DNA of 51,222 nt from Octopus sinensis (GCF_006345805.1 NW_021834325.1:1-51222), one strand, 5' to 3'. Shown: positions 12,118-24,720, numbered from the stretch's first letter. Numbers and translations are program-made. The notes: generated from the sequence alone by a model not told the origin.

Positions 12118-12305
12118 AGAGTTTACGAAAAAACCAAAAGACGAAGACAGGTGGTGTACAAAACAAACAGATGTTTTAGTATAACGCTCAGGAATAGAAA
12201 AAGTCTTTTACGTTTCGAGCCTATGCTATTCTACAGAAAGGGACACAGAAAAAACAAAGAGAGAAAAAATGTGTGTAGTGGCTAACGATCTATCATGGCG
12301 ACTAT
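12115..12305 (-). mobile_element. Short Penelope-associated/retrozyme-like module between (TA)n tracts, with a degenerate hammerhead motif
   Basis: End sequence recurs truncated at ~24337-24402 (gagaatttacaaaaaaacaaaagacgaagac...cagatgtattag); hammerhead-like motif at 12205-12240. Confidence 0.55.
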
Positions 12306-12330
12306 GATATATATATATATATATATATAT

Positions 12331-12640
12331 ATTACAGTTCTATATTTAAGAGATGAGGAATTATGTGCATTATTTACGTTATTTACATTCAACGGATATT
12401 TGTTCTCATTTTGTTTGTTGTTAACACAACATTTCGGCTGATATACCCTCCAGCCTTCTTCAGGTGCCTTGGGGAACTTTCAAACCTGGGTTCTCATTCC
12501 TAAGGTATTTTTCGATGTTCTTCTTCTTCTTCTTCTTCTTCTTCTTATTATTATTATTATTGTTCAGGTCACTGCTTGGGGTCGAACTCGGAATCTTGGG
12601 ATTAGTAGCCCGCGCTCTTAACCACTACGCCATATGTCCA
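12331..12640 (-). mobile_element. tRNA-headed SINE-like element carrying a minimal hammerhead ribozyme motif
   Basis: A box TGGCGTAGTGG (12622-12632), B box GTTCGACCC (12579-12587), internal (AAT)/(AAG)n, hammerhead at 12423-12468; flanked by (TA)n. Confidence 0.75.
12423..12468 (-). ncRNA. Candidate minimal type I hammerhead ribozyme
   Basis: GGCAC-CUGAAGA-A-GGCUG-GAGGGUAUAU-CAGCC-GAAA-U-GUU-GUGUU: stem I (3 Watson-Crick + 2 GU), 5-bp stem II, loopless stem III, GUU cleavage triplet. Confidence 0.65.
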
Positions 12641-12656
12641 TGGGCATATATATATA

Positions 12657-12710
<54 letters not shown>

Positions 12711-12715
12711 TATAT

Positions 12716-13792
12716 AATTAAAATCACAATAAGGGTGAAAAAATTGAATATTAATTAATAACATCAATTTAAAACACCAAGTGGCCTAGCGTAAAAAAAC
12801 TGAGATACAGTAAAAAACTTTTAATACAAGTAATAAGAGAGAGACCACATGTGGTCACTCTAACGCTAGAAATAGATCTGCAAAGGGAATCCACCACTAA
12901 AGAATTGTTCTCAAGTATTAATTCAACACGCCAAGAATGTAAGCGGGCAGGACAAATGAATAATAACGAAAAAATAGATTAACTCTATACAATTGTTTCA
13001 TCGTTTATAGATTGTGTAATTTTACTTACGTAATCATTTTCGAATCCTCAGTAGAGTATATCAAAAATATAATTTGCTGAACCGAACGCCAAAATCCATA
13101 CGAAGCCGAGCAAAGGCGAACGGCACAGCCGATTATATTTGCAGTCACGTTCAAATATCCTCATTTTCGGCGCGTTGAAAATACCGGATGTAAATACTAC
13201 CCCAGTAATTTACTGCCGGTTTGAGAACATATTAATTTATAATTAAAATCACAATAAGGGTGAAAAAATTGAATATTAATTAATAACATCAATTTAAAAC
13301 ACCAAGTGGCCTAGCGTAAAAAAACTGAGATACAGTAAAAATTATTAATACAAGTAATAAGAGAGAGACTACATGTGGTCACTCTAACGCTAGAAATAGA
13401 TCTGCAAAGGGAATCCACCACTAAAGAATTGTTCTCAAGTATTAATTCAACACGCCAAGAATGTAAGCGGGCAGGACAAATGAGAAATAACGAAAAAATA
13501 GATTAACTCTATACAATTGTTTCATCGTTTATAGATTGTGTAATTTTACTTACATAATCATTTTCGAATCCTCAGTAGAGTATATCAAAAATATGATTTG
13601 TTGAACCGAACGCCAAAATCCATACGAAGCCGAGCAAAGGCGAACGGCACAGCCGATTATATTTGCAGTTACGTTCAAATATCCTCATTTTTGAATTAAT
13701 ACTTGAGAATAATTCTTTAGTGGTGGATTCCCTTTTCAGATCTATTTCTAGCGTTAGAGTGACCACATGTGGTCTCTCTCTTATTACTTGTA

Positions 13793-13795
<3 letters not shown>
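12716..13795. mobile_element. Penelope-like pseudo-LTR array: two 525-bp direct repeats plus a ~100-bp inverted partial copy
   Basis: Unit starts aattaaaatcacaataagggtg at 12716 and 13241; 13692-13795 is the reverse complement of an internal segment (atacaagtaataagagag...aagtattaattc); (TA)n on both sides. PLE identity is inferred from this architecture. Confidence 0.7.
12982..13057 (-). ncRNA. Candidate type I hammerhead ribozyme with long imperfect stem II (second copy 13506-13581)
   Basis: ACUCUA-CUGAGGA-[45-nt stem II region]-GAAA-C-AAUU-GUA-UAGAGU; 6-bp stem I, palindromic stem III ACAAUUGU, GUA triplet; U-U mismatch at base of stem II. Confidence 0.5.
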
Positions 13796-14177
<382 letters not shown>

Positions 14178-14529
14178 CAACTGAAATAAGTAAATGATAA
14201 ATGAAAGATATATGACTAAATTGCTTATAAATTCGCTTTCTCCTAATCCTGAACTATCAATAGCACTGCATGAGGTCCTGGACAATTATCTTCTAATATT
14301 GTCTTGGAGAGATGGAAACTATTTGAATGGACTGCACTTATTATTCGATGTCATGCTCTTTCTGAAAATGGATTATGTTGAATAAACGAAAGCCTACGGA
14401 ATATTCAGTCATCTAACTAGACACTCGCCATCGCAACCGACTGAGACACCTCTCCTTTATAACCTTCCTTCCTTCCTTCCTTCCTTTCTTCCTTTCTAGC
14501 TATTGTTCTGTCTGTCATATGACAGCTGG

Positions 14530-15666
14530 TTATGACATATGACATGCGCTGAGACTGCAACATCTCCGGCGCCTCATAAATGACGGTAAACAGGTGTGGT
14601 CGCCGTATGTGCGGAGCGCTATCCCGTAGCTCGTCTCTTTGGCCGAACTACAGTCGTGGATCAAAGAGAGACCGAGGCTAGGCGAATGGCACCGCTAGTG
14701 TCGCGTTGCTCTCAAGCAACTCTGCCGCCCGGGACCAAACTTGTGCGACTTCATTACAACAAAGGCGTTCTATAGAGAATTAGTGGAGGGGAGGTGCGAC
14801 GACGTTCTCGAGCAGAATCTGGGCGCCAACGAGGAACACCTGACCTGCCTGTTCAGGACAGCTTTCGGGCCGGGACCTATGGAAAATCACCAGAGATACC
14901 TGGCCTGGCAGTGCTATCGAGAAGCATTACCTGTTCGGGATAAGCTCTACAGGCACGGTTCGAGGCACACCGGACCGACTTGCCGAAGATGTGGTCAGAG
15001 CGACGAAACCTTTCTGCACGCACTCGTGCAGTGTCCAACAATTTCGGACCTGTTGGCTTATGCCGTCACGTCTGGGACGAGTCCGCCTGTCGGCCGAGTC
15101 TGTCGTGGAAATTGCTCCGCCACCTTCCCTCAACGGAAGCTAAGGCAGTCTTCATCGTACTGGTGGCTATGGTGAAAGAATGTGTGGACTCGAGCGAAGG
15201 ATTAGAGACAAACACTTATCTCTCTGGCCAATCACTCATCATCTTTTTCTAGTACAACTTGAAAAGGAAGGTGAGAATAGAGAGGCAGGTTTTGTCTCGT
15301 GAAAGTTTCAAAAAAAGGTGGGTGAATGTAGCAAAGATGGTGCATGCGAATGACGAAACATCTTTGAGCATGATCCTGTAAATCGGAAAGAGAGAGAGAG
15401 AGAGAGAGAGAGAGCACTTTGCTCTCATGTGTTTATTCCATCCCTGCCTGAAATTATCGTGGTCTTATCCGTAGGCTTTTCTTTCCACGGATAAGCCTAA
15501 TCTTGCTTCTTACTTTTTAAAAACTTCTGTGATACACGATCCCTTTTGATCGGAATTTTACTTTTGTTCTCATTTTTTCACTTTTTGTTTTTCATTTTTG
15601 AAAAGAAAAGTTCTACATTTGTATTTGTCCCCTCTGTGTTCAGCCCTGTGTGGCCTATAATGAAAG

Positions 15667-15670
<4 letters not shown>
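14530..15670 (+). mobile_element. 5'-truncated Tx1/L1-clade LINE (C-terminal zf-RVT region and 3' UTR) ending at (TATC)n
   Basis: LAWQCYREALPVRDKLYRHG...CRRCGQSDETFLHALVQC zinc-knuckle motif; 3' UTR recurs at 47498-47725; (TATC)n from ~15668. Confidence 0.85.
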
Positions 15671-15748
<78 letters not shown>

Positions 15749-15920
15749 GTATGTCTGTCTGTCTGTCTGTCTGTCTGCCTGTCTGTCTGTCTGTCTGTAT
15801 GTACATATACACATATACATACATATATATATACATATGTATATATCTATATACATATGTATATATATGTATATACTTATATACAGCTATATATATATGT
15901 GTGTGTTTATATAAGTATAT

Positions 15921-15951
<31 letters not shown>

Positions 15952-16655
15952 GTGCATAGACACACACATGCACACACACAGACGGAGACACGGAAACTGT
16001 GTGGAAGCCCCTCTTATAATATATATATGTATATATGTATGTGCGTCTATCTTTGTGTTTGTTTTTGTCACATCCCACCGCTTAACTACCGGTGTCAGTT
16101 GTTTACGTCCCCGTAGGAAACTATTTCTCTCCGTTTACTTTGTATGTAAAAACACACCCAGCCCAGTTCCACGTACCGTCAACGGATTACCCAACACAGT
16201 GTTTCGGTGTGATTTCGCCTCCTCATTGACAGGAAGCATCTTGGTTTTTAGGAACGCATAGATATCGGTATATAGAATATATGTCGATATATAGAAAACA
16301 GTAAACGATACTAGCTATGTTTAAATATACACATATGTGCGCCTTCGCACACATATACATAGGGACACACTCACATACAGAACACATAGCATGTTATATA
16401 TACCATATATCTTATACATATATACATACACACGCACGTGTGTATTTTTGGGTATACTATATGATATACTTGTGTGTGTGTGTGAACGTGTGCGTGTTAG
16501 TGTATTGTATGTATGTTCTTTAACCCTCGGCGTATGTAGGGAATTTTCCCAGGACGCTATCCTGCAGCAATTTCGGCGTATAAGCAAAACGCATACACTG
16601 TATATGTGCGATCGATAATGTTTACATTAACAGCGGTGCTTTTAATTTGTAATTA

Positions 16656-16720
<65 letters not shown>

Positions 16721-16754
16721 TGTATGTATGTATATATATATGTATATATATATG

Positions 16755-16847
<93 letters not shown>

Positions 16848-16939
16848 AGGCACGTTTGTGTAGCTATTATTATTTCAGAATGTATCACACGCAACACAAT
16901 CAGAATTTAACGAGGAAATCCCCTTCGGACACTAAAAAT

Positions 16940-17170
16940 TCAATACATCGATATCATTTCGGATAATTCCGAGTAAATACAGCGATGGAGGTGACGGAAA
17001 GGGTGGAAGGAGCGAGATTGAAACGAACCCCGGGAATTACAAAATTGTAGGGCATCCAACAATTGTTTGAGATCTCCGCAGTGACGGTGACGGTGGCGGC
17101 TGCGCTGTTCGGGGTCAATGGAAAGATACAAATGGCGGATTAGAGCGATAGAATCCCCTGCATCCCGTGA
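16940..17170. promoter_or_regulatory. Possible promoter/5'-UTR-like CpG-rich unique segment with a YY1-type motif
   Basis: About 14 CpG in ~190 bp against a very AT-rich background; CAAATGGCGG at 17129-17138. No transcript evidence. Confidence 0.3.
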
Positions 17171-17395
17171 GAGAGAGAGAGAGAGGATTTAAGTATTTGT
17201 CTCATTAATTTCGTTGATGTTATTTATGCAATAGTCGTAGTTTTATTGAGTGCTTCCACTACAAAAGCGACCAACAGCATACAACAGCTCGTTTGAGTTG
17301 TATATTAAATACATTACAATATTTACTAATTGTCCAGTTACAGACCGATGCACACCTCAGGATGCAATGGAAATAAAGACAATATATAGTATAAA

Positions 17396-17429
<34 letters not shown>

Positions 17430-17442
17430 TTTTATTATTTTA

Positions 17443-17640
17443 TTCTTTTACTTGTTTCAGTCATTTGACTGTGGCCATGCTGGAGCACCGCCTTTAGTCG
17501 AACAAATCGACCCCAGAACTTATTCCTTGTAAGCCTAGTACTAATTCTATCGGTCTCTTTGCCGAACCGCTAAGTTACGTGGACGTAAACACACAAGCAT
17601 CGGTCGTCAAGCGATGGTGGAGGTACAAACACAGACACAC
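17443..17640 (-). mobile_element. Main SINE family, 3' half
   Basis: Reverse complement of the gtttacgtcc...ggtgctccagcatggcc..cagtcaaatgactgaaacaagtaaaaga tail. Confidence 0.9.
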
Positions 17641-17644
17641 AAAA

Positions 17645-17687
<43 letters not shown>

Positions 17688-18230
17688 CAGTGTGGGTGAA
17701 AAATAAGTAGGCATTAAAAATAGTTATAAAATATGGTAATAAAATCCATATTTCTTTTACAAATTTATTGAAACAAATGATACATGTTCTTTATACGGGA
17801 AAATGACAGTAAATCATATTTCAACGTAAGGACCGGTGGCGTCAACTACTTCCCACAAACGGCCAGAGATTGAACGAACAAACTTCTGAAGGACGACGTC
17901 TGGGATATGATTGAGAACCTCCTGAATATGTGTCTCCAAGTCCTCCAGTGTGCAAGGTACTGCCTTGTACACCTCTTTTGTGTAGCTACTTCTTGGAGTT
18001 CTGGTCTTCTGCGGTCACAGTCTTCAGGTTTTAGCTCCTGCAAGTAATGGGTTTTCCACGGACGAGAATTCAATTGTTTATGCAACATCATACGCATTGC
18101 GTGTCTTGTTAGTCCACTTTCACGAGCTGCTTTGATGTGTTGATTTTTGCGGGCTGCGAGTAAAACATTTCCTGCACTGTTGCCACGTTGTCCACTGGTC
18201 GGGATGTGGTTGGATGGTCATTTCTTGCTG
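17688..18230 (-). mobile_element. Internally deleted IS630-Tc1-mariner element (maT/rosa-like)
   Basis: Ends TA-CAGTG; residues LHKQLNSRPWKTHYLQELKPEDCDRR joined directly to the C-terminus VYKAVPCTLEDLETHI...GPYVEI*; catalytic core missing. Confidence 0.7.
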
Positions 18231-18231
18231 A

Positions 18232-18441
18232 AGGGGTGCTGAAAAGTTCCTGGCTATAAGTGAATCACAAACAGACTGGCTGCAGACCCAAACTCCCGAG
18301 TTCTTTTACAGGGCTTAGAAAAACTGAAGGACCGCTGCAATAAGTGTGAGAATCAGAGAGGGGAATATGTTGAAGAAAATCATAATTAATAGATCTCCCA
18401 GTATTTTCTTTTACTCAAAGCCAGGAACTTTTCAGCACATT
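18232..18441 (+). mobile_element. Mariner-derived MITE
   Basis: Perfect 20-bp TIR gtgctgaaaagttcctggct (18236-18255) / agccaggaacttttcagcac (18419-18438); interior encodes a mariner C-terminal remnant GLEKLKDRCNKC.NQRGEYVE. Confidence 0.88.
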
Positions 18442-19203
18442 CTCGGCTCTGATATGTTAGTGAGATATACAGATGCAGTCAAAATCGGAAATATTTTTTT
18501 ATATTCATTCCCAGACAATCCATCTTAGCAATAGCATTGAATATTTTTCAGCAGCGACGCCGTTCTACATAGAAAGGCCATACCTTAATAAAACTTTTTA
18601 ACAGCAGTTAATCACATTTACAATATCATTTTACAGAATTGTAAAATAATGGGCATTTTTGGTTGCATCTTGGGAGTTTGATGATTTCAATATCGCTTTT
18701 GCTTGAAAAGTATTTTGTAACTATTTGCTTTCATAGCACCTGCGAGTACAACATGATGTTCATGTATTAAAAAGTGTCTACACTTATTTTCAAAAGTAGC
18801 ATCATTCTTAGCTTCGGGAAAATACTTACGCATAAACACTTTCTAACATGCAGATAGTTTCTCCTCCAGGTTTCCTGGTTGAGATAGATTTGTCCAGATG
18901 GTGTAGGGCCTCGTGTTCGAATTAGACAAGGAATGCTTCTTGAAAGATCCTCTGCCTTCTGAAATGCCTCATGTTGCTCTTCTCCCATTTAAACATGTTT
19001 CACGTATTCTACTTAGTACTACCGTTTAGCAGATATCTGCGGCGTCATGTGTGAATCTATTTGATCCATGGGCAACCTTCGATGCATTGAGATATGATGT
19101 GACATTTAAAGTTTGTTTGAATAGATGTTAAGCTTCTTCCTTGTTTTTGTGTCAGGGATAGATGGCCAGTATTACTTTTGGTACATAAATTCTCTTTGTA
19201 GTT

Positions 19204-19513
19204 CATAGCATGGCCAAGTGGCTAGAGTATTCGAATCACGATTATAAGGCCATAACTTCGATACACGTCAGTGGTTTGTATCCTTGAGCAAGACTTTTTA
19301 TTTCATATTGCTCCAGTCCACCCACCTACCAAAACTGAGTTGTACCTGTAATTCAAAGAACCAGCCTTGTTTTATTCTGTATCACGCTGCTGAATCTCCC
19401 TGAGAACTAGTTTAAGGGGATGTTTGTCTGTGAAGGGCTCAGCCACTCGCACGAAGCAGGCTGTTTCGTCGATGGGATGAACTGGAACGCTCGTCCTCGT
19501 AAGCGACGGAGAG
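19204..19513 (+). mobile_element. Old tRNA-derived SINE sharing core and 3' half with 46047-46421
   Basis: tgtacctgtaattcaaag..ccagccttgt...tgaatctccctgagaacta...gcaggctgttt...aactggaac.ctcgtc.tcgtaa.cgacggag. Confidence 0.75.
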
Positions 19514-19879
19514 GTAGGCTAAGTTAATATATTCCATAAACAGCTCACACTTTACTTAACATCCACAAGTAACCCAAATATTTGTATGCATTTTGGTTCA
19601 ACAAACACGTACTGAATCACAGGTTTATTGTGAGCCGAAATATCTGAGAATTATTTCTTTTATTCGGAAGCCAACCAACCAACCACCAACCAACAAACAA
19701 ACAAACAAACAAACCCAAACTTTAGACTTTGTCAAAACAAAAATATTTTGATCGAAACAACCAAAGGAAAAGAATAAGACGTCTTCAAAACTATAACCAA
19801 TCAAAATTTAGATGCTTTTCCATAAAACCATATATAAATTCGAAACCAAAGTACTTCCAACTCCAACAAGCCGTGAAAG

Positions 19880-20830
19880 ATAGAGAGACCAGTGCGCTGT
19901 GACTGAAATTGAAAAAGAACGAGTCGAAAATTACAGCCTACAAAATAAGCCGAGTCGAAAATTACAGCCTAGAAAATAAGCCTCGTCCTGGAAGATATGT
20001 AGAGCTCAGTGAGGACATCTTCTAAACCCTGGTGGAACAAAATCCCATCGTAACTGTTGAGTAACTAGCAGAGAAGCTTGGATTTGGTCATTCAGCCATT
20101 CATCGACACGTACGCGCCATCGGAAAAGTCAGCAAATTGGGACAATGGGTTCCTTACAAATTTTCAGTCTAAATGCGTGCTCGTTTTTTCTGTCACGTCT
20201 CACGAATGAACCTTTTTTGGACTGAATAGAGACTGGTGACGGAAAATGGGTTCTCTATAAAATTGTCAAACGCCGAAAACAATGGTTAGGGAAAGCAGAA
20301 ACACCGGCACCCCAGGCTAAAAAAGTCTTCATCCACGTAAGGTGTTGTTATCTGTTTGGTGGGTTATGAAAGGTTTAGTCCACTTTGAACTTTAAATCTA
20401 AACCAAATGATAACAAAGGAGATCTACTGTGAGCAGTTTGAGAGGCTTAAGTCAGTGCTAGAAGGAAAATGACCATCTTTGGTTTCAAGACGAAAGGTGT
20501 TGTTCCATCAGGATAATGTTCGGCTACATACAGCGAGGATGACATTCGAAAGGCTGGAGCAGTTCGAATGGAAAACGATGCCCCACCCACCATATTCGCC
20601 GGATATTGCCCCGTCTGATTATCGTTTATTTCGCAGTCTTCTAAATCATTTTGACGGAAAAAATAGGAATTCTGTAGACGAGATCAGAACAGTACTGGGG
20701 GAGTACTTTTCATCACGGACAAGTGAATTTTTGAAGAGGGGCCCTGCAAGTCTACTAGAGATGGAAGATAATAGTAGAAAATGAAGGAGAGTATATTTTA
20801 GATTAAAAAGAACTTTATCTTAATGTTGAA
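19880..20830 (+). pseudogene. Degraded mariner (Hsmar1/cecropia-like) transposase
   Basis: KLGQWVP, TGDGKW, HQDNVRLH, MPHPPYSPDIAPSDYRLFRSL motifs with stops and frameshifts; 31-bp tandem duplication at ~19920-19981. Confidence 0.88.
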
Positions 20831-20849
20831 AAACAAAAGAAGTATATAT

Positions 20850-21076
20850 TCTTTTATTCCTTTATTTGTTTCAGTCATTTGACTGTGGCCATGCTGGTAC
20901 ACCGCCTTTAGTGGAGCAAACCGACCCCAGGACTTATTCACTTTTTGCCGAACCGCTAAGTTACGGGGACGTAAACACACCAAGATCGGTTGTCAAGCGA
21001 TGTTGGGGGGACAAACACAAACACACAAATAATACTTACATACATACTACATACACACACACACACACACACACAG

Positions 21077-21108
<32 letters not shown>

Positions 21109-21273
21109 GACGGGATTCTTTCAGTTTCCTTCTACCAAATCCACTCACAAGGCTTTGGTCGGCCCGAGGCTATAGTAGAAGACACTTGCCCAAGATGCCA
21201 CGCAGTGGGACTGAGCCCAGAACCATGTGGTTGGTAATAAGCAAGCTGCTTAGCACACAGTCACACCTGCGCC
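20850..21273 (-). mobile_element. Full-length main tRNA-derived SINE with internal (CA)/(TA) tract
   Basis: Head ggcgcaggtgtgactgtgtg...; body and tail match 41055-41457; small internal deletion. Confidence 0.92.
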
Positions 21274-21285
21274 TATATAAAAGAA

Positions 21286-21322
<37 letters not shown>

Positions 21323-22841
21323 TATATAAGGCACAAGATTCTGGCATGCCTTTAGTTGGTATTTGTTCGCTTCTGCTATGCTTCTTTTATGAAACTTGTT
21401 TATGCCAAAGCCACCCATAAGGTATCTCTGTCAGCGTTTCTGGTTCTGTACCTTTCTCCAAATATCAAGTCTCTTCTCAGTTTTTTTTCTACCCCTGAAA
21501 TTTCTATCACAGTCCCAACATTATCACGATTGATACTACATTCTTTAATGTAAGGCAGAGATTGTTTCTTTTCGGTGTCTATCCACACTGCCCCTTAACT
21601 GAACTCAATTTTCTCATTTCAGATTTTCCCTCAGATTAACTCCGAATCTTCATAAGAAGAAGTTTCTGAGGTTCTATCTGTTGAAGGCTGGACGGCTTCA
21701 ACTGAATTTGTCAATTTACCTTTCATCCCTCTCTTCCGATAAAGGTGTTTCTCTTTGACAGCTATTAACTGACAGCTTCTCCCCGGTAGCTGTTAACTGA
21801 CAGCTTCTATCTGACAGCTTTTCCCTTACAGCTTCTCCCTGACAGCCTACAGACAGCTGTCAACTCCAGATGACCGGGACCACTTATTACAAGGGCGTTT
21901 TATTTTCCCCATCTTCATGGTTTCTATTTTACCTTTAATTTTTCTATTGGTTAGAAGTATAGTTATATATTTATTTGTGATCAATAATCATTACCATAAA
22001 AAAACTGATACCCTTCTGTGAATTAATAATCATGTTACGTTTTAAATCCATGGCGGATTTTTTTAATGTTTTGCCATTATTTATTTATTTCTAACCTTCC
22101 AGAAACTGCTTGGCAATGGTGGAAAGAGGCTATAAACAGCAGTTTATTTGCCATAACTCTTGCAAATATTATCTGCCCATATAGTTAATACTCACTCAGT
22201 CTTTATCAATACTTGTCAAATATTGTCTGTCTTGAAGAAGGAGTTTGAAAAACGAAATAATCTTATCTTGAGACACTTTAAGAAACCATTAAGTTCTTTA
22301 TTTCCTTCAATCTCTCAACTCATAATTATTACCGTGAAAACAGCTGCAATAGTCATTGATACATTACGGTTGACAGTCAGCTATACTGCAGGGGGGAAAT
22401 GGTAGCAATCGAAGTCAAATCTATTGTCATACTTGTTGTCTGCATGCGTGTTTTAGGGATATATTCACTGAATGGTATTTATGTACTGGACACACTTCTG
22501 GGAATAATATTACAATCACCAATCCTCCTGTTGTGTCCAATAAATGTTGGTTGTTGTTATAATTGTTTTGTCGGGAATTAATTTAGCTCTGGGTGAAGTT
22601 TGTCTCAGTATATTTTCATTCTGTTCGACTATCATACAGACGGAAGCTTTTTTTCTATTTTATAGTAATTACATAAGTCAATATTAAGTTCATAACTCCA
22701 AGAAAAATGTAACTTTATAGATTCAATTTCTTCTGTAGCTGCAACTGATTTGATTCCATTTACCCTGACCGATACTGTCCTGCCCACGTATACATACATA
22801 AATACATACATACATACATACATACATACATACATACATAA

Positions 22842-22875
<34 letters not shown>

Positions 22876-22955
22876 ATATATATGTATATGTATATACATA
22901 TATATATATGTATATGTATATACATATATATATATATATATATATAATATATATA

Positions 22956-23055
<100 letters not shown>

Positions 23056-23108
23056 CGCACACACACATATATACGCATATGTGTGTGTGTTCATATACAT
23101 ACATATAT

Positions 23109-23186
<78 letters not shown>

Positions 23187-23639
23187 TAGACACAAGATTC
23201 TAAACAGTACAGTTTTATACAATAAGTTGAAACGCTTGCCAACAGCTATATTTTGGTCAGATGCACATGAAACTAAGAAATACAATTTCTGTTCATCTAA
23301 GTAAGAGATTGAATCACTGAATTTTTCAACGTCTCAACAGGTTGTCGAGGCTATGTCTTTTATGTCTGAGCGAATTAAACAAATGGAAGCATTGGTGCTC
23401 AAATATACTACATAAAGAAAATAGGAAATATTTGATACAAAACTCATCGTGTGGCACATACGTATTTCGGTTGGTTTTCACCTCATCAGCTGCTGTTGAA
23501 CCAAAGACAATCACTCATTAACCATACAGTACATCTATCATCGTTTATCACGGGGCTGAAGGCGTACGTTAGCTAAACAGTGATAAATAAATCAGTGATA
23601 AATGAACCATCCCACGCACTTTGTAAATAGAACGAATGA

Positions 23640-23995
23640 GTAGATTTATTGTCACCAAGCACTCGGCTCAGAGCAACGAAGTTTCCACGGTCACATATTT
23701 TCCTGGCCACTGCTACCCTTTCCTGTAGAGAACGCACTCATGGCCGAATATTCCAGAGACACGAGTACCCTTAACGTAATTATCAGTTAAAAGTCAGCAT
23801 GGCACAGCGTGTGACGGCTGTAGACTATAAAATTATTTGTACAGTCCAATTCGACGGTTCATCATATTTCTGGACACGCATTCAGTACAGAGCAACCCGA
23901 GGCTACAGATGTTTCCTGTTCGATCTCATGCGGGATCGAAGCCGGATCGAAGATGTGATCACGAAGCATAATTGTTAATCATTCAACCGCACAGA
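23640..23995 (-). mobile_element. Highly degraded SINE of the 46047 family
   Basis: gagacacgagtacccttaacgtaattatcag matches the reverse complement of ctgagaactacgtaaagagtacacgtgtct; B-box-like ttcgatccc at the head. Confidence 0.55.
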
Positions 23996-24434
23996 CACAT
24001 ATAAAAGATTTGTTTCTATTGATTATGACTGATAGGAATTCACACAGAAGCGCGCATACACACACCTAAGGACACGAACACAAACAGATTCATGAACACA
24101 AACAAACACACACATGAAGCAACCTTTGTTTTCCTGACTTATCTTATATACGACAGTCACTCAATCACCAGCAAAGTATAAACAATGCTGGTCGTTTCAG
24201 AAAAATACATCCAAACAGAAGAAAGAGAAATAGATTAATTGTAACTTACATATACATGTATATGTATGTATATGTATAAATGTGTATGCAAGTATGTATC
24301 TATATGTGTGTGCATGTATGTGAGTGTATGTATGTAGTGAGAATTTACAAAAAAACAAAAGACGAAGACGGTTGTGTAAACAATAAACAGATGTATTAGT
24401 TTATCTATCTATCTAGCTGTCTAATGTATATATG

Positions 24435-24472
<38 letters not shown>

Positions 24473-24720
24473 AATACATGCATACATTTATACAAGCATA
24501 TATACATATATACGTATGTATGTATATATGTATGTATATATATATATATATTATATGTTTTGGGGACGATAAGATTTTGCAAAAGAAAAGAGTTTTTGCA
24601 TTCAAATTTCATTAACACACATATATGTCTATTTTGTATGTATGGATGTTTATATGTACATGTATGTATGTATGTATGTATGTATGTATGTATGTAGTAT
24701 GTATGTATGTAGTATGTATG

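Noticed and set aside
12560-12640. Functional tRNA gene
   Set aside because: No proper acceptor stem, an imperfect anticodon stem with an atypical ACT anticodon, and it continues into a repeat body; treated as a SINE head.
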